The translations under genes and the position numbers were made by a program. A DNA stretch of 64,000 nucleotides from an uncultured Bacteriovoracaceae bacterium. GTDB taxonomy: Bacteria > Bdellovibrionota > UBA1018 > UBA923. Below the pieces are notes generated by a model. It saw only the letters and a program-made list of their open reading frames with translations. It was not told the DNA's origin and did no database searches. Shown here one piece after another: positions 39,173-48,825 of this stretch; the stretch's first letter is position 1, and the number at the start of each line of letters is the position of its first letter. The DNA is taken from NCBI GenBank assembly GCA_964572865.1, contig CAZNGN010000008.1, positions 31,561-95,560 of the forward strand, written 5' to 3'.

Positions 39173-39715
39173 ATGGAATTTACGAAAACAAAAATATCTG
39201 GATTGTATTTAATTCAAAACGACGTATTTAAAGATGACCGAGGAATGTTTGTAAAGTCATATCGACATGAAACTTTTGACAAATTGGGAATAAAAATTGA
39301 TTTACAAGAACAATTTTATTCAGTTTCTAAAAAAGCTGTTGTTCGCGGAATGCATTTTCAAATTCCTCCGCATGATCAACACAAGTTAGTGAGTGTAAGT
39401 TATGGTGCGATCTTTGATGTTGTATGTGATATTCGAAAAAATTCACCAACGTATGGTGTATGTGAAACATTTGAATTGAGTTTTGAAAATGCAAAAGCGT
39501 TATTTGTTCCCAAAGGCTTGGCCCACGGATTTCAAGCATTGACTGATCAAGCTACAGTTCATTATCAAGTAACCAGTATGCATGCCCCAACTCATGAGCA
39601 AGGGATATGTTACGACTCAATTGGAGTAAAATGGCCGATTGAGCCAGCAATTACTAACGATCGTGATAAAAAATTTCCAAAACTAAAGGACTACGTATCA
39701 CCGTTTTATTTTTAA
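39173..39715 (+). CDS. dTDP-4-dehydrorhamnose 3,5-epimerase-like cupin (RmlC family)
   Basis: RGMHFQIPPHDQHKLVSVSYGAIFDVVCDIRKNSPTYG matches the RmlC core. 180 aa. Confidence 0.75.
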   Translation: MEFTKTKISGLYLIQNDVFKDDRGMFVKSYRHETFDKLGIKIDLQEQFYSVSKKAVVRGMHFQIPPHDQHKLVSVSYGAIFDVVCDIRKNSPTYGVCETFELSFENAKALFVPKGLAHGFQALTDQATVHYQVTSMHAPTHEQGICYDSIGVKWPIEPAITNDRDKKFPKLKDYVSPFYF

Positions 39716-39716
39716 T

Positions 39717-40163
39717 ATGAAAACCTTAATTTTAATCAGAAGATTTTGTATTGGAACTTATTTTGGAATTGCCTTGATGGCTGCGATGGCAGCTCCAGTA
39801 GTTTTTTATAATATAGATTCAAAAACTTTAGCTGGTAAAATCTTTGGACAAATATTAACTAAAATGAATGTCATAGAAATCATTTTACTATCAGTTATAT
39901 TATTTATTGGAATCATTACGATTAAGGGTAAAAAGAAAATTGTAACTACGATTATTACTTTATTAATGTTATTAAACTGGTTTGTATATGCACAGACAAT
40001 GACAAATCGAATGAATGTATTAAGAGAGCAGATTTCTTCATTTGATACTCCTAGTAGTGCTGACTCTACTCCTAAGGCTGAATTTGATGTGCTTCATCAG
40101 CGATACACTAAAATGATGTCAGCCAATATGATTTGTAGCATTGTATTGGGATTAATACCTTAA
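39717..40163 (+). CDS. Small membrane protein (DUF4149-like)
   Basis: Four predicted transmembrane helices. The family guess is low confidence. Confidence 0.4.
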   Translation: MKTLILIRRFCIGTYFGIALMAAMAAPVVFYNIDSKTLAGKIFGQILTKMNVIEIILLSVILFIGIITIKGKKKIVTTIITLLMLLNWFVYAQTMTNRMNVLREQISSFDTPSSADSTPKAEFDVLHQRYTKMMSANMICSIVLGLIP

Positions 40164-40170
40164 TAATCAT

Positions 40171-40971
40171 TTATCGTATTTTTTGTGTGATCGCTTGCTT
40201 CAAAACGGCAGCCACAAATTTAGGATTTGTAGATAAATATCTTGATGCCAATCTGCCTGGTTCAGATAAAAGTCTATGAGACCATTCGAGACCAGTTTTT
40301 TGCATCCAAAGCGGTGCACGTTTTTTATTTCCAGATAAAAAATCAAAAGCAGCACCTACCCCAAGCATAAGTCCTTTTTTAAGATATTTATGAGATCGAT
40401 ACATAAAAATTTCTTGCTTGGGAGCACCTAAACCAATCCAAATTACATCAGCATTAGTGGTATTTATTGTATCTAAATCAGATTTTTCGTCCGATGAAAG
40501 TTCTGTGTAAATGGTTTGAGCCGGACGAATTGGTGGAGAAACCATGCCCGCAATTTTTAGGTTTGAATTCAATTTTAATAGATTTTCTTTCAACAAAGAA
40601 ATGGTTGAAGGAGAGCCTCCATAAAAATAATGACTTAAATTTGAATATTTTGAGTCACTAACTAAAAGTTCTAGAATATCAGGGCCACTTGCGCGTCCAT
40701 GAATCGTTGAACCATTTAGTATTTTTGATGCCCAGATTAGAGGAACCCCGTCTGCTGTAGAAAGAAAGGATTCATTTGTAATTTTTTGATATTCAAGATC
40801 TTCTAAGCCAGTAGTAACTGTATGTACATTTGAAACGCAAATGTACTGTGCATGCTGAATTGTGTGATTCTGTGATGAATAATGTAAAATGATGTCTGCA
40901 GTTTCTGCACAATCGAAAACAGAAATATTTGATCCTAAGATATTTACTCGTTCAGATAAGTTTTGATTCAT
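40171..40971 (-). CDS. WecB/TagA/CpsF-family glycosyltransferase
   Basis: ADGVPLIWASKI...IWIGLGAPKQE...HRLLSEP is collinear with the WecG/TagA family. Confidence 0.75.
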   Translation of the reverse strand: MNQNLSERVNILGSNISVFDCAETADIILHYSSQNHTIQHAQYICVSNVHTVTTGLEDLEYQKITNESFLSTADGVPLIWASKILNGSTIHGRASGPDILELLVSDSKYSNLSHYFYGGSPSTISLLKENLLKLNSNLKIAGMVSPPIRPAQTIYTELSSDEKSDLDTINTTNADVIWIGLGAPKQEIFMYRSHKYLKKGLMLGVGAAFDFLSGNKKRAPLWMQKTGLEWSHRLLSEPGRLASRYLSTNPKFVAAVLKQAITQKIR

Positions 40972-41897
40972 GATAGATTAAATAATTCAGATAATCCCGT
41001 ATTTAGATTAACGGTTGGTGTCCAATTTAACACTTTTTTAGCTGCCGATATGTCTGCCATTGAATAGCGGACATCTGCTTCTCTTGCTTCACCATGACTC
41101 AAATTTATGTCGGTACGTTTTGATACTGAAATCATCGTATTTGCTAATTCTTTAATTGAAGTCGATAGTCCAGAGCCAATGTTAATGGCGCTTCCATTGA
41201 ATTCTTTTAAACTTAGAGTATTTTCACATGCTTTTGCTACATCTTTTACAGAAATAAAATCTCTAGTCTGAGCGCCATCGCCATTAATGACGATTTGCTT
41301 TTTTGTGTTATTTTTTAAGATTTTATTAAAAACGGTGATTACACCAGTATAGGGCGAACTATCATCTTGGCCTACGCCATATACATTAAAAAAACGAAAG
41401 CAAAGTGAAGAGAGTCTTTTAGAAGAATAAAATAATCTCAAAGCTTCTTCTGAATTCATTTTTTGTGCACCATAAAATGAAATTGGTGAGGATACAGTAT
41501 CCGATTCTTTTAAAGCAATATTTAGTTTGCCATTATTACCATAATTAGAAGCAGAGCTGGCAAATACAATGAATGGTTTTTTAGTTAAATTCGAGCAATA
41601 TTCTGCAATTTTTACAGTAGAAAGAAAATTGTTTTCATAGGTTTCTTTTGGATTTTCTTGGCATAACGGAACACTTACAGTAGCTGCGAAATGATAAATA
41701 AAATCAGCTGACTTGATATCTTGTTCATATTTTGCAATTTCCCTACAGTCAGCTTGAATGTATTTAACGTTTTTAATTTCATTTTTAGGTTTTTTTAAAT
41801 CGATAACGGTAACTTTGTGATTCAAAGATAAAAGTTCAGCAGTATTAGAACCAATAAAACCACTACCGCCTGTTATGATTATGTTTTTAGCAGTCAT
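40968..41897 (-). CDS. NAD-dependent sugar epimerase/dehydratase (SDR family)
   Basis: IIITGGSGFIGSN Rossmann motif. YxxxK region. 309 aa. Confidence 0.75.
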   Translation of the reverse strand: MTAKNIIITGGSGFIGSNTAELLSLNHKVTVIDLKKPKNEIKNVKYIQADCREIAKYEQDIKSADFIYHFAATVSVPLCQENPKETYENNFLSTVKIAEYCSNLTKKPFIVFASSASNYGNNGKLNIALKESDTVSSPISFYGAQKMNSEEALRLFYSSKRLSSLCFRFFNVYGVGQDDSSPYTGVITVFNKILKNNTKKQIVINGDGAQTRDFISVKDVAKACENTLSLKEFNGSAINIGSGLSTSIKELANTMISVSKRTDINLSHGEAREADVRYSMADISAAKKVLNWTPTVNLNTGLSELFNLS

Positions 41898-43480
41898 TGA
41901 TTTTCTTTAGGTACAGCCAAATATAGTTTTGCTTCGCTTTTTGAATCTGAAGTGCGAAGTTCTTCAGAATATTCTCCACAAATTTCTAATATTTGATTTG
42001 TAGTTGGAAGTGGTTCTGAAGAAATAATGTATTGATATGAAAAGAAACCAGATAAGTTTTTAGCAAACCAATGATGAATCGATTCTAAGCTATATGCTAG
42101 TTTAGATTTCGCTCCAAAAATGGATGTGAATGATAGTGGAACGCTATTTACGTTTCTGATTATATAGCTACTTTGTTGAAATAAGCGCATTAATGACTTT
42201 TTAGTATAGAGACGAATGTGATGTTTATCTAAAATGCCGCGTGTACCATAATTGAATTGTCCAATGGTAAGCATTAAGCGAGTGATAAAGAATCCAACGT
42301 TACTACATAAAGCTATGATGACAGGTCTTGGTCTAACTTTATGTTGAGATCTAATTAAATCTAAAACGTGATCTGGCTTTGAAACTCTTTCTAGTAAATC
42401 TCCTAAAATAATAAAGTCATATTCATTTTTTTGAAAAATATTTTTAAGTTGATCAGGCTCTTCTATGATATTCATGTGAAAATAATTGCGAAAGTTTGCT
42501 TCGACTTTAGAAGGATCGAGCGAATCAACACCATCCACGATACAACCCTTTTCAATAAGTCGTTTTGCAATATGACCTTTTCCACATGTAACATCTAAAA
42601 CGCGAGTAAAGGGAGCAACCATATTCACAATTTGAGTGTGAGATGAATATGGTGTTAGTTTTGCTGGTCTTTGATAGGGTAATACATCGAATTTACGATC
42701 ATATAAAAATCCAAGTTGTTGTATGCGATAGTGGATAACGGCAAAAAGAACATTTAAAGCATAATCAACACCATTCACGTGACAAATTTCATCTCCATAA
42801 TGTGTTGGAATTGGAATTTCTACAATTTTTGCATTGGCAGCTAAGCATTGAATTATGATTTCGGTATCAAAATGAAAGTCATTTGAATTTTTTTCAAAGG
42901 GAATTCTTTTCAATAAATTGATTGAGTATGATCTATAGCCAGAATGGAACTCGGACATGTTACTTTTTAAAATACGATTTTGTATTTTAGTTAAAATTGT
43001 ATTTCCAATAATTTTGTAAATGGGCATTCCGCCTTTTCGTGCAGACTTAATCGAATACATTCTCGTACCAAACACAGCATCTGGTTTTTTTTCTGAGTCA
43101 TATTCAGCGATCAGGTCTCCTAAAAGTTCAGGAGCATATTGGCCGTCTCCATGAACCATAAATACACGATCGAAACCATTATCAATTGCGTATCGATAAC
43201 CAAGTTTTTGGTTTCCACCGTAACCTTGATTTACAGGATTTTTTAAAACTGTAATTTTAGCTTTTCCTTTATATTTTTCGCTAACGGTATCAGACACATA
43301 GAAGGTACTGTCTTTAGAAGCATCATCAATAATGAGAACTTCATTTTCTGGATTTAAAATCACTGATTCTGGAATTCGAGCGACGACTTTTTCGATAAAT
43401 TTTTCGTGGTTATACGCTAAGATGAAGATTAGATTTTTTGCCATACTATAAGGTTTATCGCAGCTGAGATCGCTTATCAA
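41894..43480 (-). CDS. Bifunctional family 2 glycosyltransferase (N-terminal) and class I SAM-dependent methyltransferase (C-terminal)
   Basis: N-terminus has IDDASKDST...NQGYGGNQK (GT2). C-terminus has VLDVTCGKGHIAKRL SAM-binding motif I and a following motif II-like region. Confidence 0.65.
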   Translation of the reverse strand: MISDLSCDKPYSMAKNLIFILAYNHEKFIEKVVARIPESVILNPENEVLIIDDASKDSTFYVSDTVSEKYKGKAKITVLKNPVNQGYGGNQKLGYRYAIDNGFDRVFMVHGDGQYAPELLGDLIAEYDSEKKPDAVFGTRMYSIKSARKGGMPIYKIIGNTILTKIQNRILKSNMSEFHSGYRSYSINLLKRIPFEKNSNDFHFDTEIIIQCLAANAKIVEIPIPTHYGDEICHVNGVDYALNVLFAVIHYRIQQLGFLYDRKFDVLPYQRPAKLTPYSSHTQIVNMVAPFTRVLDVTCGKGHIAKRLIEKGCIVDGVDSLDPSKVEANFRNYFHMNIIEEPDQLKNIFQKNEYDFIILGDLLERVSKPDHVLDLIRSQHKVRPRPVIIALCSNVGFFITRLMLTIGQFNYGTRGILDKHHIRLYTKKSLMRLFQQSSYIIRNVNSVPLSFTSIFGAKSKLAYSLESIHHWFAKNLSGFFSYQYIISSEPLPTTNQILEICGEYSEELRTSDSKSEAKLYLAVPKENQ

Positions 43481-43531
43481 TGTGAATTAATAGATATAAA
43501 AACGCCCTAAGTGCTCGTAATTAAAGGGTAA

Positions 43532-45007
43532 TTACCAGATCGGTTGTGAAATACCAAAACTAAATTTAGATAAATCAATATCACCTTTTGGCTCACTATA
43601 TTGAATACGAGTTACTTCAAAAACAAAGGCAAAAGGATTGTCAGTGATCATAAAAAGTTGAAATCCTAATCCAGCAGTAATCTCATGATTTCGAGAAGAG
43701 TTGAATTGCATGCCTGTACTTAAAGCAGAATATCTGCCGTATGTCCAAACCCCACGATGTCCGGGAGGCGTTTTACTTAATAACAAACCTAGTTGCGGCC
43801 CTTGCCATGTTCTAATTCCATAAATTCCTTGAGGAGTAGGTGGATTTACAAACATTCCCAGAAGTGTAACACCAGGTTGGATAATAAATTTGATATCAAG
43901 AAATTCAAATGGCAGTTGATATCCGAATTTCGGGTTAAGTCCATAATATGAAAACGGATTTATTTCAGTATTATATTTTGTAAATATTCTTGGAAAATAA
44001 TTAAAAGTATATAAATCAGAAAATGTTGAAATGTATAAAGAATATTTATTGGGAGTAAAAATATATTTATAATCAAGTTGTCCCGCAAGACTCTTTTTAA
44101 TCATTGTTAATTCTAATGAATTTTCATTATATTTATAAATTGAAAAATTAAAACCTAAGTTAAGTGTTGAGCGCTTTTCACGAGGGGGAGGATTGATCAA
44201 TAAATCGTAATTATGAATCGTTCCTTTAATATCATAAGCACCAATGTTTGTAATGACTTCTTGAGATTCATAATCCTCTAGCGACTTGGATAGCGGATAA
44301 ACAATAAATTCATTATTATTTAAGTGATCTAATTTTCCAACTTGAGAAGACTCGTTCCATTTTGCATCATGAGATTTAAAAAATAGAAGTTGATTCAAGT
44401 TCTTAAGTGAACAATTGATTCCAATATAAAAATATTCTGATTTTAAAATCGAAGATACGGTTGATTTTGGTGAGATATAATCTTTAGTACAATCTTCATC
44501 AATAATCAGTAAAGATTGATCGGCTAATATTTCAAGTTTGATCTTATAGTCTACTAGTTTATTAGTTTTCGTATCTTTAAATTGAACCGTTGCTTCTGTA
44601 ATTCTTGATTCTATTGAAAAATCAATTGTATTTTGATTTTCATCATAATTAATTAATTTTGAACCAGAGATTGAAGTGATCGAATCAAATTTATGATTTT
44701 TAGGAAAATTACTTAATGATACTTTAATACGAAAAGAGGGAATTTCTGTTCGAGTACCGTCAGCCAGAGCAGCGTTTTTTAGTCCCCAACCATATTCATC
44801 AGAAATTACACTGAATCGTCTGCCACTTATATCTGACCATTGGCCTGTATAAGATACATTTATATTTTGTAATAATTTACTGCCAACATAATATGCCTTA
44901 TTTGCTGCAAAGCAGTTCAATGAAAAGAATAGAGATAAGAGTATGACTTGAAATTGAATAAACTGGCGTCGTTTCATTAGATTTATCTTATCAAATAAGT
45001 GCTTCAT
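43532..45007 (-). CDS. Probable outer-membrane protein, 491 aa, ending in an aromatic residue
   Basis: Signal peptide (…LFFSLNCFA). The C-terminal …FGISQPIW is typical of a beta-barrel terminal motif. The function is unknown and may be polysaccharide export or assembly. Confidence 0.45.
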   Translation of the reverse strand: MKHLFDKINLMKRRQFIQFQVILLSLFFSLNCFAANKAYYVGSKLLQNINVSYTGQWSDISGRRFSVISDEYGWGLKNAALADGTRTEIPSFRIKVSLSNFPKNHKFDSITSISGSKLINYDENQNTIDFSIESRITEATVQFKDTKTNKLVDYKIKLEILADQSLLIIDEDCTKDYISPKSTVSSILKSEYFYIGINCSLKNLNQLLFFKSHDAKWNESSQVGKLDHLNNNEFIVYPLSKSLEDYESQEVITNIGAYDIKGTIHNYDLLINPPPREKRSTLNLGFNFSIYKYNENSLELTMIKKSLAGQLDYKYIFTPNKYSLYISTFSDLYTFNYFPRIFTKYNTEINPFSYYGLNPKFGYQLPFEFLDIKFIIQPGVTLLGMFVNPPTPQGIYGIRTWQGPQLGLLLSKTPPGHRGVWTYGRYSALSTGMQFNSSRNHEITAGLGFQLFMITDNPFAFVFEVTRIQYSEPKGDIDLSKFSFGISQPIW

Positions 45008-45010
45008 ACT

Positions 45011-46105
45011 TCAAGAACTGAAGGCATTCACAGAGAAGATATCTTTATTTTTAAGATATTCATTTCTTTGAAATTGAAAATATGCAGAGGCTCCGATCAT
45101 CGCTGCATTATCAGTACAATATTGTAAATCGGGAGTAATCAATGAAGTAGTAAGCTTTTTAGAAATGAGTGAGCGGATACGAGAGTTGGCAGATACTCCA
45201 CCGACAAGGGCAAGAGTCTTTGCATTGGTCAATTGAATTGCATTACCGATTTTAGTAACTAATGTTTCACAAATCGCTTCTTGTATAGACGCACAGTAAT
45301 TAGCTAAATCATCATTTTGAGGTAATTTTGATTTATCAACTTCACCAAATATATGTGGAGTATATTTTTCAGCTTTCAATTGTTCTAATACGGCAGTTTT
45401 TAAACCTGAAAAACTAAACTCGAGTCCTTGATTTAATAAAGGACGCGGAAATGAATATTTTTTTACATTTCCGTTTTGGGATAAACGATCGATATGAACT
45501 CCTCCCGGATACGGTAGACCTAATAATTTTGCAGTTTTATCGAATGCTTCTCCGGCCGCATCGTCTCGAGTAGTTCCCAATAATTCTAGATCTAATTTTT
45601 CAGGCGGAAGATTTTTAAGCAAATATAAATTAGTATGACCACCACTGATTAAACAAATTAAAATAGGTAGTTTGTGTTTATCAGTTAAAAATCCATTTTT
45701 TTGTCCATCAATAAAAAGAGAGTGGATATGTCCTTGTAGATGATCGACTGTTATGAGTGGAATTTGTGAACTATAGGCAATCGCCTTTGCAGTAGAAAGC
45801 CCAACCAACAATGCTCCAATAAGGCCTGGACCATTTGTGACAGCAACAGCTGTTAAATCTTTAAATTCAAGCTTTGCACTTACAAGGGCTTCTTCAATGA
45901 TAACATTGATCATATCTAAGTGGTTTCTTGATGCAATCTCAGGAACAACACCGCCAAATTTCTTATGTAAATCGATTTGTGAAAAAATTTTGTTTGATAA
46001 AACACTAATGTGATTTAATGACTGTGAACTCGTAACAACGGAAGCGGAACACTCATCGCAGGATGTTTCAATTGAAAGTATTTTAGGCGGTTGAGTTTGC
46101 TTCAT
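45011..46105 (-). CDS. tsaD: tRNA N6-adenosine threonylcarbamoyltransferase TsaD
   Basis: ILSIETSCDECSASVV and the metal-binding H..H motif (HLQGHIHS). 364 aa. Confidence 0.9.
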   Translation of the reverse strand: MKQTQPPKILSIETSCDECSASVVTSSQSLNHISVLSNKIFSQIDLHKKFGGVVPEIASRNHLDMINVIIEEALVSAKLEFKDLTAVAVTNGPGLIGALLVGLSTAKAIAYSSQIPLITVDHLQGHIHSLFIDGQKNGFLTDKHKLPILICLISGGHTNLYLLKNLPPEKLDLELLGTTRDDAAGEAFDKTAKLLGLPYPGGVHIDRLSQNGNVKKYSFPRPLLNQGLEFSFSGLKTAVLEQLKAEKYTPHIFGEVDKSKLPQNDDLANYCASIQEAICETLVTKIGNAIQLTNAKTLALVGGVSANSRIRSLISKKLTTSLITPDLQYCTDNAAMIGASAYFQFQRNEYLKNKDIFSVNAFSS

Positions 46106-46115
46106 TATGATAACT

Positions 46116-47462
46116 TTATCGCACTTTTGGGCAAGTCATCAAACGATATTTCTCAAAAATAATGTTATAATTTGGCTTATTTTCATTATACCAAGAGGCA
46201 CTACGTTGCAAGGTATGGCAATTTAAGCAAGTTGTTACAGTGAGAGATTGAATGGGGTTATGTCCACCGGGACTATGACAATGTTCACATTGAACATTTT
46301 TAAACTCATTTTTAAATTGGCTAAGATTTTTATATCCACCATTTTGATTCAGACCCAATGTATGGCATTGAAGGCATTCGAGATTCTGACTTTGATTTTT
46401 ATGAACCAATGTTTCATATGCTTTCGAATGTCGTTGGTTTAAATGAAATTGAAATTGTTCTTGATGGCATTGTTTGCAAGATTGTACTGTTTTTATTTTT
46501 GGAGTTGCATTGTTATCCGAAAGGAGAACATGATCAATTTTTTTATTAACTTCTGCAATTTGTGTTTTATTTTTTTCAATTAATTTATCTAATGAGTTTA
46601 AATTCGAATCTTTTGAATCAAGGTCTTCGCTCATATTGAACAGTTGATTAGAAACACCGTCATATATTCCGATATGTTCGCCTCGAAGTGAAGCTTCAAA
46701 TATATTCGTTTGATTTATGCGAATTGGATTTGTTAAAAAATTCATCGAATGAGAAGAAAAGATAAAGTCAATGCCAGACACTTTTTGAGCAAGCAATTCG
46801 TCTTGTAAGGTGCCTGAATGAGATAAAAGTATAATATAGTTTACGTTTTGCGATTTTAATTTTGAAACTATTTTTTCGGCTGTTTCAACAAGAGGAACTG
46901 CTGAGAGCTCTGGCGGTAAGTTAAACTCAGGATTAAATAATCCAAATATTCCCACTTTTTTATTCGCAATGATTTGTATTGCATATGGCTGAAATACTAA
47001 ATCTTCTGAATTTTTAAAAACAATGTTTGAATTAATAATTTTAAAATTAGCATTTTTGACAATTGATTGAAACGTGTTTAAGCCCGCGCTCAAATCAATT
47101 TCTCCAGGCGTAAAGAATTGCACGCCTAATGTGTTGTATGCCGTTACTAAGTTTTTTGCTTGAACGATGTATTGTGGAAGTAGATATTCTGGTGGGTTTG
47201 CGGTTGGCAAAAACGTATCACCACTATCTAAAGAAAGAGATTCAATTTCTTTGGATAGTGAATTTAGCCAATTGAGTCTTCTGTGAACACCTCCTAACGG
47301 ATTGCTTCGGCAACCGCAGGGTGCAATTTCACCATTTATGTTCGAAGAATATAATATGCGAAACCCTAAAGATGAATTTGGATTGTTATCTTTTTTAGAA
47401 GAAGTATGTGAGCATGAAATGAAAGAAGCTGTTAAGCAAATAATGTATAAAAAATACTTCAA
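46116..47462 (-). CDS. Lipoprotein fusing a degenerate 5'-nucleotidase-like metallophosphoesterase domain to a C-terminal tetraheme c-type cytochrome
   Basis: Lipobox FISC. UshA-like blocks (KKVGIFGLFNPE; YIILLSHSGTLQDELLAQKVSGIDFIFSSHS), but the N-terminal metal-ligand motif is degenerate (ILYSSNINGE instead of HTND.HG). Four CxxCH motifs (CKQCH, CLQCH, CEHCH, CLNCH) in the last about 110 aa. Confidence 0.6.
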   Translation of the reverse strand: MKYFLYIICLTASFISCSHTSSKKDNNPNSSLGFRILYSSNINGEIAPCGCRSNPLGGVHRRLNWLNSLSKEIESLSLDSGDTFLPTANPPEYLLPQYIVQAKNLVTAYNTLGVQFFTPGEIDLSAGLNTFQSIVKNANFKIINSNIVFKNSEDLVFQPYAIQIIANKKVGIFGLFNPEFNLPPELSAVPLVETAEKIVSKLKSQNVNYIILLSHSGTLQDELLAQKVSGIDFIFSSHSMNFLTNPIRINQTNIFEASLRGEHIGIYDGVSNQLFNMSEDLDSKDSNLNSLDKLIEKNKTQIAEVNKKIDHVLLSDNNATPKIKTVQSCKQCHQEQFQFHLNQRHSKAYETLVHKNQSQNLECLQCHTLGLNQNGGYKNLSQFKNEFKNVQCEHCHSPGGHNPIQSLTVTTCLNCHTLQRSASWYNENKPNYNIIFEKYRLMTCPKVR

Positions 47463-48238
47463 GATTTTTTCAATTTAGATTTTGCTTTTTTAGCTTCAGG
47501 AGATTGAGGAAAACGTTCTAATAATTCTTGAAAAAAGCTTTGACCGTCTTTAGCAGAGCCTAATTGTTCAAAGCACAAACCAATTTTTAATAATGCGGCT
47601 GGAATGCGAGGAGACTTTGAAAAAGACTCTTGTACTTTCGAGTATTCTACAATCGCTTTTTTCCATGCCTTTTGTCCGTAAGCGGCTTCACCTAAGCCAA
47701 AATGCATTTCGGCAGCTTCTTTTCCTTTAGGATTTTTCTCTCCAAATTCTTTAAATTTGTCTGCAGCTCCATCGTAATTTTTAGCCATTAGTAGAGAATA
47801 ACCGTCTTGAAGTAAGGTTTTTGAAGAAGCAGATTTTCCACCTTTTTTAGAAGGTGGCTCTGATTTTGATTCACTTTCACTGTTTGATCTGTCTTTTAAA
47901 TCTTTTAATTCTGTCATGATTAACATTTGATTTTTTTCTAGATCAGCGACACGCATATCAAGTTTAGCTACATTTTGATTGGTGTCAGCAGTGTTCATAC
48001 CTTTTTGTTCGTGTTCGAGTTCTTCTAATTTACCTGAAATTCTAGTGATTTCATTCTTCAACTCTTCTAATTCATAATGAGAAGGTTTGGCTGAAACTGT
48101 TTTTGCAGTGCCTGAAACGTTTTGTGAATCGTCGGCATTGTCGTCATCGCCTTTGACCATTGTACGAGTTTTTAAACATCCAGAGAAAATGAGAGCGATG
48201 AGTAAAATTGAAAATGAGTATACGTTTTGTTTTTTCAT
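47459..48238 (-). CDS. cpoB: Tol-Pal system protein CpoB/YbgF (coiled-coil plus TPR)
   Basis: Signal peptide and lipobox. Central coiled coil (ELEELKNEITRISGKLEELEHEQ). C-terminal TPR repeats. Confidence 0.7.
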   Translation of the reverse strand: MKKQNVYSFSILLIALIFSGCLKTRTMVKGDDDNADDSQNVSGTAKTVSAKPSHYELEELKNEITRISGKLEELEHEQKGMNTADTNQNVAKLDMRVADLEKNQMLIMTELKDLKDRSNSESESKSEPPSKKGGKSASSKTLLQDGYSLLMAKNYDGAADKFKEFGEKNPKGKEAAEMHFGLGEAAYGQKAWKKAIVEYSKVQESFSKSPRIPAALLKIGLCFEQLGSAKDGQSFFQELLERFPQSPEAKKAKSKLKKS

Positions 48239-48819
48239 TTTGTATCTCCCGAGGATTTATCAAAAGTGGCAGACGATGAATCAGTTGGTTTCTTATCTGT
48301 AGTTGGCTGAGAGGAAGCAGTATTGGAAGCTGGTACGGAGGGTGTGCCAGAAGATGGAACCGGCGGCATTTCTTTTCTTCTCATTTCAGCTTTTAATTCT
48401 TGTTCACGTTTTTCACGTTCTTCAATTTCTAGTTGATGTTGTTTGCCAAGTTCTTTTGCATGTTGCATGGCGGTTTCTGGATCAACATTGGCGCCTTCAT
48501 TGGAGGGAGATTTGTTTGCAATTTCAGGTGTTGCGCCGCCCTTTAAGTAAGCTTCAAATTCTGCTTCTTCAGACAAACGCATTGCTTTACGAGCAAGCTT
48601 TTTTGCAACATCAAAGTTTTTTAAACGGTATTCGGTTTTAGCTTTATAGTATGTTTCACTTGCAGCTCGATATACATCAGGAGCTAGTGATTCTGCATGA
48701 AGTTCTTTGGCTGCTTTTAATGCAGCCTCAGCATTTGACATTTCCTGAATTGGACGTGGGGTTGCTACTGAACATCCCATGACAACCACACATCCAAATA
48801 AGGATAAGTATTTGATCAT
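48235..48819 (-). CDS. DUF4398-like lipoprotein with a Lys/Glu-rich coiled coil and a Ser/Thr-rich tail
   Basis: Lipobox VMGCS. AEAALKAAKELHAESLAPDVYRAASETYYKAKTEYRLKNFDVAKKLARKA resembles DUF4398. Confidence 0.5.
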   Translation of the reverse strand: MIKYLSLFGCVVVMGCSVATPRPIQEMSNAEAALKAAKELHAESLAPDVYRAASETYYKAKTEYRLKNFDVAKKLARKAMRLSEEAEFEAYLKGGATPEIANKSPSNEGANVDPETAMQHAKELGKQHQLEIEEREKREQELKAEMRRKEMPPVPSSGTPSVPASNTASSQPTTDKKPTDSSSATFDKSSGDTK

Positions 48820-48825
48820 TCTTAA

